A stretch of DNA of 64,000 bases from Porphyridium purpureum (Eukaryota), in the NCBI GenBank assembly GCA_008690995.1, contig VRMN01000002.1, forward strand, positions 1,488,001 through 1,552,000. Reading direction: 5' to 3'. The notes under the pieces are model-generated. The model ran no database searches. It saw nothing but the letters and a program-made list of their open reading frames with translations, and was not told where the DNA came from. Shown here piece by piece: positions 29,593-40,295 of this stretch. Every line of letters starts with the position of its first letter. Position 1 is the stretch's first letter. The translations under genes and the position numbers were made by a program.

Positions 29593-30657
29593 TTAAGGTT
29601 CAATCCAATTTCTCAGCTCTACAGTAGCGCAGCCCATGTCCTCCCTCCATAAGTGCTGCGCGTCTTCCAGAATAATTAGATCCATGTTTCTGCGGTCTTG
29701 CTGCTCGTCCAACGCGCTCCTGCACAACCTGGCCGCACCCCACAAGGGTGCAGTTCGCCCGTCAAAGGTTATGCAAGTCTCGTACCGACCGGCGCGCGGG
29801 AAAAAGTTGACGATGTCAGTAAGAATCAGACCCTTGCTTCCGTCCACGTGGACTTGCGATCCCGACCATTGATTCAACAAGTGTATGCTGTCGGAAGGGG
29901 CAACCACACGCCCGCGCAATCTGTAGTAGCGCCCCAGCAGTGCCTTTGCCTCACGAACATCGCCGTAGGTCTCGAGAAGCTCGCGGACACGCGTGCTCGA
30001 CACCTCGAGCTCGTGCATCCGGATCTTCTCAATGACGTCAACTTGAAGTCCGCGCGGCTTAGCGAGCTCGCACAGGGTGTCGGCACTGCCCTGTGCCTTA
30101 AAGCCGAAGCGCCAGTCGTATCCACACACCACTCCTGAAGCATGGAACCGTTCAACGATGACTTGGTCGATGAATTGCTCAGGACTCAAGGAGCGTATGT
30201 CGTCGAAAGGAAGGGTTTCACATCGAATGTCCTTGCCCAACTTGCGACCCCACTCGGCCAGAATATCGTTACGCTCTGCTTCCCAGAGCATGGGCCGTCG
30301 TCTCGGGTCCCAGCCCAGCACTTTGCCCATCCCAGAGAATGTCAACAGCACCGGCGTGCCGAGCCGGCAAGCGCTTTGCAGCAATTGGAAATGCCCCAAG
30401 TGCAATGCGTCGAATTTCCCGGGCATCAAAATCCAGGGCTCGACGGCTGGCGAATGCGTCGAGTTCAAAATCGCGCGGCTCCGCGCAGTGGCCGCGCCAT
30501 CGCCTTGCTGCTGACGAAACTGCTCTTGTGCGCCGGAAAGAGACCGCGAGCTGCAAACATACGGTTTGGCGCGCCCCCGCCGTCGACACGGACGCGGGTG
30601 CTCGCACACGTCACTGCGTGTGCGCAAGCTACCGACCCCAGCTCCTATGAAAGCCAT
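29593..30657 (-). CDS. RibF-like FAD synthetase (plant RibF type), predicted plastid-targeted
   Basis: MAFIG transit peptide; GKFDALHLGH, VVCGYDWRFG, VSSTRVRE; C-terminal kinase half degenerate (no GFPTAN). Confidence 0.85.
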   Translation of the reverse strand: MAFIGAGVGSLRTRSDVCEHPRPCRRRGRAKPYVCSSRSLSGAQEQFRQQQGDGAATARSRAILNSTHSPAVEPWILMPGKFDALHLGHFQLLQSACRLGTPVLLTFSGMGKVLGWDPRRRPMLWEAERNDILAEWGRKLGKDIRCETLPFDDIRSLSPEQFIDQVIVERFHASGVVCGYDWRFGFKAQGSADTLCELAKPRGLQVDVIEKIRMHELEVSSTRVRELLETYGDVREAKALLGRYYRLRGRVVAPSDSIHLLNQWSGSQVHVDGSKGLILTDIVNFFPRAGRYETCITFDGRTAPLWGAARLCRSALDEQQDRRNMDLIILEDAQHLWREDMGCATVELRNWIEP

Positions 30658-30957
30658 GCTTTGTTCCAAACTCGCACAATGTCACCCGATCCACCATTCG
30701 CAATCCGCCTCCCTCTTCAAGGACTGAGCCGTCGATGGCGGCTACACGACAAAAGCATAACAGAGCGCCAAAAGTTCGGGATGACGGCGGAGAGCTTGTG
30801 GTGCCAAAGAAAAGTGCGACTAGTGGTCCGTACGCATCAGGTAAACTGTGACTGAGGATGCTCAGCCAGTAACACGCCGGCGTCTCCTGACCCGCGTGCT
30901 TGTTGGGTGGACAGAAAGCGAAAGGCATCGGCGGACAGACGCCTGACAGTCGGGACG

Positions 30958-31716
30958 ATGCGCGTCATACAAGTCGAGGTTGAGGGTATTGACAGGCAAA
31001 ATGATGCTCCTCAGGTGCTGCACTTGCATGAAGATATGGAGCTCGCAGATAACGAAACAGGCGCGACCATCTGGGACGGGTGTCTTGTGGCCGTGGCATG
31101 GATGAAGAAGCAGCAGGTGCAATACATGTGGAGGTCGAGCGTCGTGCTGGAGCTGGGAGCTGGCACGGGAGCGGCTGGACTGGTGCTGGCTGCGCTGGGC
31201 GCTCGTGTTGTGCTGACAGATCTGCCGCATCTCGTGCCCCTCATGGAAAAGAACGTGCGGGCAAATCAAGCGGCATTTGTCTATCCGCCGCGAGTGTGCG
31301 CGCTGCCTTGGAGCGCACCCGCAAATGAGTGCAGCTTTGATGCGGCGGCTGTAAAATCTGCACTTATTCGAGCCATGGGCTCAGAAACTGCGGGATCGTC
31401 CCTTTATGCGCCCACGAGATGTTACATCCTCGCTGTCGAAATCATTTACCTGGAAAGCACGTTCAGCGATCTGATTGCAACGCTGAATTGGACATGGGAA
31501 ATCATGTTCAAGCCAGAGCAGCAACAGGAGCGGGCGGTAGAGAAATTAGACGTCAAATTAATCATCGCCGCAGAATTGAGAGTGACCGTGCCTGAATTTT
31601 TTCGCCAGTTCCACGCCGCCGGATGGAAGCACTCATTCACACCGCCGGAAGAATATGACGACTTGTACAGATCAGACGACATTAGAATTCTTCTAGCATG
31701 GCGCGACATGTCATGA
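30958..31716 (+). CDS. Seven-beta-strand protein-lysine methyltransferase (METTL21/family 16)
   Basis: ETGATIWD, VVLELGAGTG, VVLTDL, ILAVEIIY. Confidence 0.85.
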   Translation: MRVIQVEVEGIDRQNDAPQVLHLHEDMELADNETGATIWDGCLVAVAWMKKQQVQYMWRSSVVLELGAGTGAAGLVLAALGARVVLTDLPHLVPLMEKNVRANQAAFVYPPRVCALPWSAPANECSFDAAAVKSALIRAMGSETAGSSLYAPTRCYILAVEIIYLESTFSDLIATLNWTWEIMFKPEQQQERAVEKLDVKLIIAAELRVTVPEFFRQFHAAGWKHSFTPPEEYDDLYRSDDIRILLAWRDMS

Positions 31717-31735
31717 GCTAACAACTGGAAAACTT

Positions 31736-33634
31736 TTAATGCACGAGAGCATTATCGTCCGATCGAGACTGTGTTCGTGCAGGATTCAACGAGCCGTCGG
31801 GAAGTATGATGGGCCTTATAAAGTTGTAGCCTACCTTGACACCGCTCATGCCCAGCACTTTCCTCGTCTCGGCGCTATCATCATGGTGAAAAGTAAAGAT
31901 CTCCGGAACCGGCACCTCGCATAGCGTGCGACACCATGACGCCGTGTACCAGCCATCAGGATCATGGTACAGTGCATGCTCGAGCCAGTCAATGCGCGGA
32001 GATGCCGCCGCTCGGTTCCAGAAGAAGACTGTGGGTGCCTCCTCATAGTCAACCAGGACACTCGCAAAGTACTCAATCCCGACACGCGTGTTCCTCACGC
32101 CAAGATCGTGGAACAGAAACGAAGCCACGCACATCCTCGACACATGCGCAATCCAACCAGTTGCCTTGAGCTCGCTCATCATCGCATCAATGTACGCAAA
32201 CCCAGTCTCGCCTTCTATCCAAGCGTCGAGCTTAATTTCTTCTTCTTCAGAAAGCTCCTCTGTGACGTATAAAGGCAAAGCCGGCCCGCATACGCAATGG
32301 CGCAGCATCAGGTATTCGCGGAACACCAGATTGCGCTTCATCTGATCCAGTGATTCTTTCGCAAGCTGCAGTTCCTCTGGCTGTGTTATTTTTGGAATCA
32401 TGCGTTTCTCAAAGTCCAATATTTGGCGAAAGTACGCCCGAACAGAGAGCGCGCCGCATGCAAACCAGGCAGACAGCTTACTAGACGTCTGAGTGCTACC
32501 GAGAAATCGGTTGTCCTCTGCATAGCTGCTGAGTTCGTCCCAGTCAAAAATGTATTCTTCCATGCGCTCAAGCCCGCTCGGCTCGCCGCCTCGAAATGTG
32601 TACACGGCCCGCGAGTCTGGGAACGGCCAGTTCAAAGGCTCACATAATCCCTCCACGCCTAGTTCGGACGCCAGGTCTGGCAGCGTGCCAAGCCGCGGTT
32701 GAGGATTTGGGAGGGGGCCGAGCCGGTCGCTCTCTTCAAAGGCAAATGCATGCTCTGACACACGCAGACCTAGAGCTTGCGTCGCCTGCTCAAAGCTCTG
32801 GAAAGTCGTAAGAGCCGCTGCATCTCTTGGAAGCTGGTCTGGATCGAACAGGGTACCGTCCATGACAAACTCCATCGTGCACTGTGCTGCCCACGGCTGA
32901 GCCGCGATAGCAGCGCGCACAGCGCGTTCCTCTGTCATACCTTGCTCGGATACATCCCGACAGCCAATCAAGTAAATTGGTAGCTCGTACTGCGTGAGAG
33001 CTTGCAGCATCGGGATGAGCTTGGATTCTGCGGGTCCTATCGCAGTAAAGAGTTCGGAAGCTTTGCCGCGTAGTGCCTTTCGCAAAGCCTCGACCGCGGA
33101 ATGAATGAAGTGCGCTTTATGTGGCCCCGTCTTCTGAAAGCCCTCTTCGGACAAGACCGTGCCATAGTGCGCTGGGTCAAAAATGTACACAGGCAGGACG
33201 GCCATGCACCGCCTTGCTATCGTCAGTGCCTCATTGTCGTGCACACGCAGGTTGCGTCGAAACCACAGCACCGCAATGCCCTTGCTCAGCTCGGCGTCGG
33301 TCAGTGTGCGACGTGCGATCTCGATCGGCGCAGCATGGCGCTCTTGCTCATGCAAGGACAGAGAAAGATCATTGAGTGTGTTCGCGCGGCCCTCTTCTGT
33401 CGTACGCAGCAGACGTTTCCACTCCGTCACCTCCTCCCGCGCGCTGTCCTCGTCGCGAACTGCCCGCACGCATACTCGGGAAAGGCGCAACGAAGCGCGT
33501 GGGAATCGCAACGTCACCGCAGTTGTCGCCGCAGAAGACGCCGCACCACCCACGCGCGTGCGTGCGTCGTCGCGGTAGGACAAGCCGGGCGCGTGCACAG
33601 AAATGCAGAACGCGAGCGTGGCTGTGCGTACCAT
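31736..33634 (-). CDS. Divergent cryptochrome/photolyase family protein (CRY-DASH-like)
   Basis: LWFRRNLRVHDNEAL, LPVYIFDP, FQKTGPHKAHF, FRGGE, SSKLSAWFACG, WIEGETGFAYIDAMM; transit-peptide-like N-terminus. Confidence 0.8.
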   Translation of the reverse strand: MVRTATLAFCISVHAPGLSYRDDARTRVGGAASSAATTAVTLRFPRASLRLSRVCVRAVRDEDSAREEVTEWKRLLRTTEEGRANTLNDLSLSLHEQERHAAPIEIARRTLTDAELSKGIAVLWFRRNLRVHDNEALTIARRCMAVLPVYIFDPAHYGTVLSEEGFQKTGPHKAHFIHSAVEALRKALRGKASELFTAIGPAESKLIPMLQALTQYELPIYLIGCRDVSEQGMTEERAVRAAIAAQPWAAQCTMEFVMDGTLFDPDQLPRDAAALTTFQSFEQATQALGLRVSEHAFAFEESDRLGPLPNPQPRLGTLPDLASELGVEGLCEPLNWPFPDSRAVYTFRGGEPSGLERMEEYIFDWDELSSYAEDNRFLGSTQTSSKLSAWFACGALSVRAYFRQILDFEKRMIPKITQPEELQLAKESLDQMKRNLVFREYLMLRHCVCGPALPLYVTEELSEEEEIKLDAWIEGETGFAYIDAMMSELKATGWIAHVSRMCVASFLFHDLGVRNTRVGIEYFASVLVDYEEAPTVFFWNRAAASPRIDWLEHALYHDPDGWYTASWCRTLCEVPVPEIFTFHHDDSAETRKVLGMSGVKVGYNFIRPIILPDGSLNPARTQSRSDDNALVH

Positions 33635-33755
33635 GACTGCGGCCAGACAAGGCTGTCGAGGAGGCCGGAAGGCAATTCACTCCTTCCGGCCACAGATGAA
33701 AACGAGTTGCTTGCGTTGAGCCGTAGCGTACAAATAATCAACAAATCCAACTTTA

Positions 33756-34697
33756 TTAGCTACGGAGGTGGCCCGAATCTTTCAGACGCTCCTCCATGGA
33801 CACCAAAGCCGCCTCGGAGGCTTCCTGGCCTGGGCTCTTAACTTCTTCAACGCTCTTAACCTCGGGAATGTAATGCATGAGCATGTTCTGCACGCCCATT
33901 TTGAGTGTGACGGACGAGGACGAGCAGCTCGAGCATGCGCCTTGTAGCTCGACTTGAACGACACCTGTGGCAGGTTCAAAGCCGCGGTAGATGATGCTCC
34001 CTCCGTCTTCCGCGACGGCGGGCTTGACGCGGGTCTCAAGCAATTCCTTAATCATCGCCACGACCTCGGAATCCTCCGGCAGGATTGTGGTGTCGGTGAT
34101 AACTTCCTGGCCCTCTACATGGTCTTCAAGCACTGGCTCGTTGTTACTGAATGCCACGGTGATATTTTCAAACAGCTCTGGCTTGAGTACCGCCCATTCC
34201 ACCTCGGGGTCCTTCATGACGGTGATAAAATCTGCGCCCAGAAACACGCCCTTGACCCCTTCGATGACGAGCAGGCGGCGAGCCAGAGGGCTGTTCCCTG
34301 CGTCCCTCATGCTCAGAAACTCAACGCTTGTTCCGTTGGGGGTCACCGGCACACCGGGCACAAACTTGAGCGCGTGCTCATTTGGTGTGGGTGTGGTCTG
34401 AATATACATGCTACGCGCGCCCGCAGCACGCCTCACCTTTGCGGGACTCACGCCCCACTCCCCCAACGCGTTCAGACCATTTGAACCTGCTGGAAATGCG
34501 TTCCGCGCACCAGGCAGGCGGCCGTGTCTTCCCGCAGTGCCTTTCCACATTGCCGACGAGGAGGCGTGTGTCACACAAGTCGCCCGCTGCTGCAGCATTC
34601 CAGCGCCTGCCATTCCCCCTCGCAGGCGCGTCCACATCCCACTCACTGTTGCCGCGGCCCTCCCGCGCGGCGGCACCCCTACCATCCTTCCATACAT
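33756..34697 (-). CDS. NFU1: Mitochondrial Fe-S cluster carrier NFU1
   Basis: MYIQTTPTPNEHALKF, IKELLETRVKPAVAEDGG, GACSSC (CxxC), LMHYIPEV; Arg-rich presequence. Confidence 0.93.
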   Translation of the reverse strand: MYGRMVGVPPRGRAAATVSGMWTRLRGGMAGAGMLQQRATCVTHASSSAMWKGTAGRHGRLPGARNAFPAGSNGLNALGEWGVSPAKVRRAAGARSMYIQTTPTPNEHALKFVPGVPVTPNGTSVEFLSMRDAGNSPLARRLLVIEGVKGVFLGADFITVMKDPEVEWAVLKPELFENITVAFSNNEPVLEDHVEGQEVITDTTILPEDSEVVAMIKELLETRVKPAVAEDGGSIIYRGFEPATGVVQVELQGACSSCSSSSVTLKMGVQNMLMHYIPEVKSVEEVKSPGQEASEAALVSMEERLKDSGHLRS

Positions 34698-34940
34698 TCC
34701 GTCCTCCTTTCTCCCTTCCTGCTCCTCTCTCTCTCTCTTTCTCTCTCTCTCTCTTCGCCGCCACGTGCAGCAGCCGCAGCCGGTTGTGTCACCGTGTCTT
34801 GCATACGTCACTCCGTCCGTCCTCACAATCACTGTACTTCACGGTCACGATAATGTACAGTGATCACTGTACCTTATACGAAAAATCTGGCGCATGACGA
34901 GGCGCGTTTTTTTTTTTTTGTTTTTGAAACGGCAGCTGAG

Positions 34941-34949
34941 TTAGGGTTT
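34941..34949. promoter_or_regulatory. Telo-box-like motif between divergent NFU1 and C2-domain genes
   Basis: TTAGGGTTT. Confidence 0.4.
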
Positions 34950-35142
34950 CGAGTAATTCTTTTCACTACAAACGCGCACGTGTTTGTGATGAAAGTTTCG
35001 GTCGGAAGTGCACGGAAGGGAAAAAGATGAGAAGCGAATATGGAGGGGGTAGAGAGGAAGCGAGAAAGCGAGAGAGAGAGAGAGACGTGGTAGTGGTGTG
35101 GGTGGGTGGGTGGGTGGGTGGATGGGTGGGGGCGTGAATGAA

Positions 35143-36156
35143 ATGTTCCACGTGGAGGGAAAGAACAAGATGGGCGTGTCGCGAGAGCCGTCCGCGTCGC
35201 GCATGTTTGTCGCGCCGGACGGGTTTGGCGACATGGCGAGCCGCGACACGAGCGTCATTCAGCTCAGCTTTCAGGCAGAGAGCCTGCCGGATTGCGACTT
35301 GTTCAGTCTCTCCGACCCGTTCATCGTGGTGTCAGAGGTGTCCTCCTCGTCGCAGCCCGTGCATCTTCTGCAGACAGAAACCATCTGGAATACTCTCAAC
35401 CCAAAGTTCGTCAGGTCGTGCGATATTGGCTATTCCGCGTACATCGACCCGTTGCTCCAGATTACGGTTCTAGACCGTGACGCCAAGTCAGACAACCCCG
35501 ATAAACACGACTTTCTTGGAGAGTGTACATTCAGAGTCAGGGAGCTCATGTCCACAGAAAATCTGAGACTCAAAGTCAAGCTGATCGAACAAGTCGCAAA
35601 GAAGGAGAACCACGCATTTATCCACGTGCTCGCTACACCATTGAAAGACCCAGACGACATCCGGACCGTCAACTTTCATATCGTCGCGTCAGAGCTGAAG
35701 CGGAAAAAGCTGCTGTCGAAATCTCGACTTGCACCCTTAGTATTCATTCAGATCACGCAGGCGCGGAAAGACCCCTGCGAGCAGTTCCAGTGGAGTCCCG
35801 TGTACCGCTCGGAAGTGGTACAGAAAGCCAGGGCAGACAAGAAATATTGCTTTGATCCGATTGAGATCAAGATGCAGTCACTGTGCAACAGCGACCCGAA
35901 CGCCTTGTTCCGCATCGAGTTCTACATCTTCGTCAATTCGGGTGATCATGAGCTGTACGGATACGCCCCCGTAAGTCTCGATATTCTCGAGACTATGCAC
36001 AAAAATAGCATGATCGAACGCGAAATTGAAGGTGAGTTTTCGGACCAGAACCGATTAGGGCGCCTCAAGGTGGAGTCCGGAAGCGCCAGTCCTCAGGAAT
36101 GCACCTACACCATCATACTTGACTTGTTCGGGAATAAGAACTTCAAGCCTGCGTAG
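35143..36156 (+). CDS. Copine-like tandem C2-domain protein lacking the vWA domain
   Basis: LPDCDLFSLSDPF, QTETIWNTLNPKF, HDFLGEC (C2A); PVYRSEVV, LCNSD, SGDHELYG (C2B). Confidence 0.75.
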   Translation: MFHVEGKNKMGVSREPSASRMFVAPDGFGDMASRDTSVIQLSFQAESLPDCDLFSLSDPFIVVSEVSSSSQPVHLLQTETIWNTLNPKFVRSCDIGYSAYIDPLLQITVLDRDAKSDNPDKHDFLGECTFRVRELMSTENLRLKVKLIEQVAKKENHAFIHVLATPLKDPDDIRTVNFHIVASELKRKKLLSKSRLAPLVFIQITQARKDPCEQFQWSPVYRSEVVQKARADKKYCFDPIEIKMQSLCNSDPNALFRIEFYIFVNSGDHELYGYAPVSLDILETMHKNSMIEREIEGEFSDQNRLGRLKVESGSASPQECTYTIILDLFGNKNFKPA

Positions 36157-36753
36157 AACGCGAGCGTTAGCAAAGCATTATTAGGAATGAACATGCATGT
36201 TCTCGTCAATCATTGGTCCGGAAGCGACGCAGCTGGATCCGCTGCTCTCTCTCTCTCTCTAGCTCTCATGCACACCTCGGAGTGTGTTTCTGGAACTGAT
36301 GTGCGGAGTTGTTTCCTCTATCCTGCCGAGCTTCCTCAGGTTGGGCGATCGCTTTCAGCTCACAATCAATCCGGTCAAGGTCCCCAGATGATGGCGAAAA
36401 AGGAACCGTGGGCGGTGTCACATACTTTGCCAAAGCGAAGGGAGACAATGTAGATTGTGCTGGAAGCCAGTGCGGACAGCTTTTTTATTTCCTGCATTCT
36501 ATGTGGCCTTCCTGCGAGCATCCTAGTAATACCATTCTGAAGTGCAGAATACGCGCTTCCGACAGAGACCACTATCCAGGCCTCACGGAAATCGCCCTCA
36601 CTCTTCAGAACAGCCTGACCAGGCCATGAAGACGAACCTTAATTCCCTTCCCAAAGTATGAAAAGTCCCAAGCTCGGACTTCGCATGATATTTCTTCTCG
36701 ACGATTTGCGAGCGCCGCGACAGTTTTCCACGAGACTAGTCCAGTCCCATCCA

Positions 36754-38190
36754 TCATATCCACTTTTGATAAAAGAAAATGAGAAATTGCACAATGATAA
36801 TCAAGATGACCGCAACCCAAAAGTAAGCATAGCCGTGCTCTGCACTGAGCTCGGGCATATTGTCGAAATTCATACCGAACACCCCAGTAATGAACGTCAG
36901 AGGAATGAAGATTGTACTGATAATTGTCAAAATCTTCACAATTTCGTTTTGGCGATTGTTCATGCTGCCCATATACAAGTCAAATAAGCCCATCGAAATG
37001 TCGCGGTACGTCTCAAGAATATCGACGATCTGGAGCATATGGTCGTGAAGTCCGCGCATGTACAATTTTGCCTCAAGGTCCAAAAAGTTATCCGGCAACA
37101 ATTGAAGCTTTCCAAAGCAGTCTCGCATAGGCCACACGAGCCGCCTAATCAAAAGCATCTCTCTCTTGATGCGCGTGACGCCACGAAGGATTTGTGGGTC
37201 GAGTTCCTCAATCATTAGCGTTTCGAGCTCTTCCAAATGCTCGCCGTAGAACTCCAGGAGCGGGAAATAGCGATCCACGATTGAGTCTAGCACTGCATAC
37301 ACTAGATGTGACACGCCTTTACCGCGCAACAAGTCCACGTTCTCTTCTATTCTCCTCGATACGCGACTCGCCCAATGGGTGTGCGACTGCGACGAAGGAA
37401 GCGTCGGATTGTACCTTGTGCAGAAGTACGAATCCTGCTGCATCGTGATGACCAGATTAAAAGCCGGAAGCACAAACATGACGATTTGATTCTGCTCAAA
37501 TTGAAAGGTGTCGTCGGTCCCATCGATACGTCTCATCTCAGGACAATGAGTTATGAGCACCAAATTTCCATCTATGAAATCTGCTTTCGGTCTTTGCACT
37601 TGCGACCTCGAGTCCTCAATGACGGCCGGATGCACCCCACCTTGATCCCGGAGAAAGTCAAGCAATGCATCTGAGTGTTCTGAAGCATATAACCAGCGAG
37701 TCACCGGAGCACTGTTCTCAGGCATCTCCTTCTCCATCTCTTTAGAGTCCAGAGCTTTTGCCAGCCGAGGGATAGACCCAATCTCTTGCCGCATGATTTT
37801 ATCTCCAGAGTAGGATATGAGCGTCGCACCTCGCAGTAATTCACTTCCACGCCGCGCTTGCTCATCAACTGATCGCGCCAGGGTCGGCTGGGGCCCTCGT
37901 GGACCGTCGTCGCCAAAATCGTCGTCTTCATACGGCAGCAAGAAGCGCTTGTTCGCGGGAACCCATACCGTGTGTTCGGCGCGGATCATGGCGCGCAGGA
38001 CACGCCTGTTAACGGACCGCCGCCTACTGAGCATACCGAATCGGCCTCCGCCGGCGTCCTCCTCGCCATCATCTGTGTACTCTATCGACTCTGACGACGT
38101 CGGCACTGTGTCCCAGCTATGCGCGCGGGGCCTGCGCGACAAAAGCCGCGACCGCTCCGAGGCCGTGCCATCTGCAGAAACACTTGACAT
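36754..38190 (-). CDS. corA: CorA-family Mg2+ transporter
   Basis: YAVLDSIVDRYF, LTIISTIFIPLTFITGVFGMNFDNMPEL (GMN motif), two C-terminal TM helices. Confidence 0.92.
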   Translation of the reverse strand: MSSVSADGTASERSRLLSRRPRAHSWDTVPTSSESIEYTDDGEEDAGGGRFGMLSRRRSVNRRVLRAMIRAEHTVWVPANKRFLLPYEDDDFGDDGPRGPQPTLARSVDEQARRGSELLRGATLISYSGDKIMRQEIGSIPRLAKALDSKEMEKEMPENSAPVTRWLYASEHSDALLDFLRDQGGVHPAVIEDSRSQVQRPKADFIDGNLVLITHCPEMRRIDGTDDTFQFEQNQIVMFVLPAFNLVITMQQDSYFCTRYNPTLPSSQSHTHWASRVSRRIEENVDLLRGKGVSHLVYAVLDSIVDRYFPLLEFYGEHLEELETLMIEELDPQILRGVTRIKREMLLIRRLVWPMRDCFGKLQLLPDNFLDLEAKLYMRGLHDHMLQIVDILETYRDISMGLFDLYMGSMNNRQNEIVKILTIISTIFIPLTFITGVFGMNFDNMPELSAEHGYAYFWVAVILIIIVQFLIFFYQKWI

Positions 38191-38249
38191 CGTCACCGCT
38201 CAGAGAAAGACGCTTTACCAGACGACTACGGTGCCTCACATGCTCGATT

Positions 38250-40295
38250 TCATTTCGAACGTGCATCAGCAGGTGCAGGGGCTACGGGGCTCGTATTCAG
38301 GGCTGATGTCGGTTCGGCCTCTTCTATTGACGCTGGCTTGGGCACAGTCTGGACAGTGGATACTGGCTGGGCCTGTGCGGGCAAAGGATGTGAATTGGAT
38401 CCGTTAGGTGCCGTATTCCCCAAGGTTTCTTCTTCCCCTGGAAGAGAGGTGCGAGAGCGCTTTGCAGCCAATGCAGGGTCGGTCGCAGCTGGAAGGTGTT
38501 CTACTGGAACCAGACTCGACCCCTGATTGCCTGCTTCCAGAGAAGGCGAGGGAGAGGCGCTGGCAGACGCGCTGCCAAGTGTTGCACCGTTCGATGGTTC
38601 GGGGGCACCTGTCTTTGTGGGATTACTGTCGGCGAGCTTTCGCTTTTTCTTGGTCTTCTTTTCCCGTACAATCGGTGCACCCGCACCAACATATTCTGGC
38701 AGCTGCTTCCGAAACAAAACAGCCACATGGACCTGCATCTCCGGCGTGCGCTCAGGCCACAAGTCAAGGTTACTCTTCCAATCATTCACGGCAGGTGAAA
38801 TATCAATGGAAGTGCCTTTTTCGACGACTTCGAATGTGAGCCCGAAGAAGAACGAATCGCAGCAGCCCGGAGAATACATGGGGTTGTTATCGAATGCTTT
38901 CGGCAACGGCCGCACAATCGTGTTTGGAAGCCTTTCCAGACTCATGATCAAATGGCGGATCCTCGACTCGGCAAAGCCGGCCCACTTTTTGAACATGTCC
39001 GGCTGGTTCGCAAATATGCTGATCTCCAAGAAGGTCCGGTGCTCGTTGAAGAAATCTGTTTTTTCAAAAAGCCTTTCCCACGTGACTTTCTCAGAGCCCT
39101 TCCCAGTACTCGCTGCGGTCGATTCTGCGCCATTTTTCTCGCTTGTTGTCGTCCCAACGGCTGCTCCCGAAAGGTTACTCTCCTCCCCATAGATTTGCTG
39201 CACGACTTCATGGCCTCGCGTGATCTCCGCTCGGATGACGCGCAGCGTGCTCTGGGACACATTATGCGTGGTATTCATGCATGGGTACGACGGTGTGATC
39301 ACGGGCATCAAATGCCTCCGGTCAGACATGTTTGTTGCCGGGTTCCAGACGCGGAACTGCAAGTTATGATGTCCCCTGGTGATTTCACACAACATGACCG
39401 GGTTCGGCCAATTCCATTTGTCGTAGACGCGGAAAAATTTGGCCAGCAACGTGCTGGGCGCAGCGTTTGGGTAAAGCTGGCAAATGCGAGCCGTCAAGAT
39501 AGCCCATGCCACGCCGCCGAGAAATCCCATCACGTTTGAGTAGACGCCGCGCCGCTTGGCCCAGAACTTGATCGAACGGAGCGTTGTCCGAAAATTCTCA
39601 ATGTGTGGCACCGACCTGAGGATTGCGTCTGTCACACGCACACCATTGAATGATCGCTGGGTGGCATCGTCCACGTTGCGCAGAACAACGTCGTCAAGAA
39701 TGTCAAAGTTGGGGGGAATAGTACTCATCTGCACACAGGCACATAGCAGATCGATTTCGACTCCCGCAAACTTCATTTTAATGACGGGGACGTATGCCTC
39801 GGCCACCCCAACCACGTCTTCGGCCTCGGGAGTGCTTTGCAAGATCTTGAGCAGTACGTTCTCATCTGGCGGCGTGAGATTGGAGACTGGATTTGGCAAA
39901 CCGAAGACATCCCTGCTGCGATCAATGAGGTTTGGACATACGCAGAGTGTATCAATGTCGGCGCCCGGGCCATTCACGCCCAGCCGATACGACCCGAATG
40001 AGAAGATACGACAACCGCTGGCGACCTCTGCGGCCATTTGCTCGGTCATACCTTGCGCAATACCGACCCGTGCCACCCAATCCTGGGTGATACGAGTCAA
40101 GTGACGCAACACGCGCTCCCGGCGCTGGCATTCTTCGCGCGACTCGTAAAGCAAATTACTGTGCAAGCACTCTTGCAGCTCGCTGGTCAACCGGTGATCC
40201 TTCTCCGTCGGCGGTGCCACCGAGATCGGTTCTGACACCCCGCGCGTCGTAATCACTGTGCTCGTCGACGTGCCCGTCGAACTACTCAGCGCCAT
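38250..40295 (-). CDS. PAP: Canonical nuclear poly(A) polymerase
   Basis: FSFGSYRLGV..GADIDTLC, SFNGVRVTD, WAKRRGVYSN, FLGGVAWA, HLMPVITPSYP. Confidence 0.95.
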   Translation of the reverse strand: MALSSSTGTSTSTVITTRGVSEPISVAPPTEKDHRLTSELQECLHSNLLYESREECQRRERVLRHLTRITQDWVARVGIAQGMTEQMAAEVASGCRIFSFGSYRLGVNGPGADIDTLCVCPNLIDRSRDVFGLPNPVSNLTPPDENVLLKILQSTPEAEDVVGVAEAYVPVIKMKFAGVEIDLLCACVQMSTIPPNFDILDDVVLRNVDDATQRSFNGVRVTDAILRSVPHIENFRTTLRSIKFWAKRRGVYSNVMGFLGGVAWAILTARICQLYPNAAPSTLLAKFFRVYDKWNWPNPVMLCEITRGHHNLQFRVWNPATNMSDRRHLMPVITPSYPCMNTTHNVSQSTLRVIRAEITRGHEVVQQIYGEESNLSGAAVGTTTSEKNGAESTAASTGKGSEKVTWERLFEKTDFFNEHRTFLEISIFANQPDMFKKWAGFAESRIRHLIMSLERLPNTIVRPLPKAFDNNPMYSPGCCDSFFFGLTFEVVEKGTSIDISPAVNDWKSNLDLWPERTPEMQVHVAVLFRKQLPEYVGAGAPIVREKKTKKKRKLADSNPTKTGAPEPSNGATLGSASASASPSPSLEAGNQGSSLVPVEHLPAATDPALAAKRSRTSLPGEEETLGNTAPNGSNSHPLPAQAQPVSTVQTVPKPASIEEAEPTSALNTSPVAPAPADARSK

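Noticed and set aside
29593..29950. Missing riboflavin kinase motifs in the RibF-like gene as a pseudogene sign
   Set aside because: Plant-type plastid RibF proteins are known monofunctional FAD synthetases, and the ORF is intact
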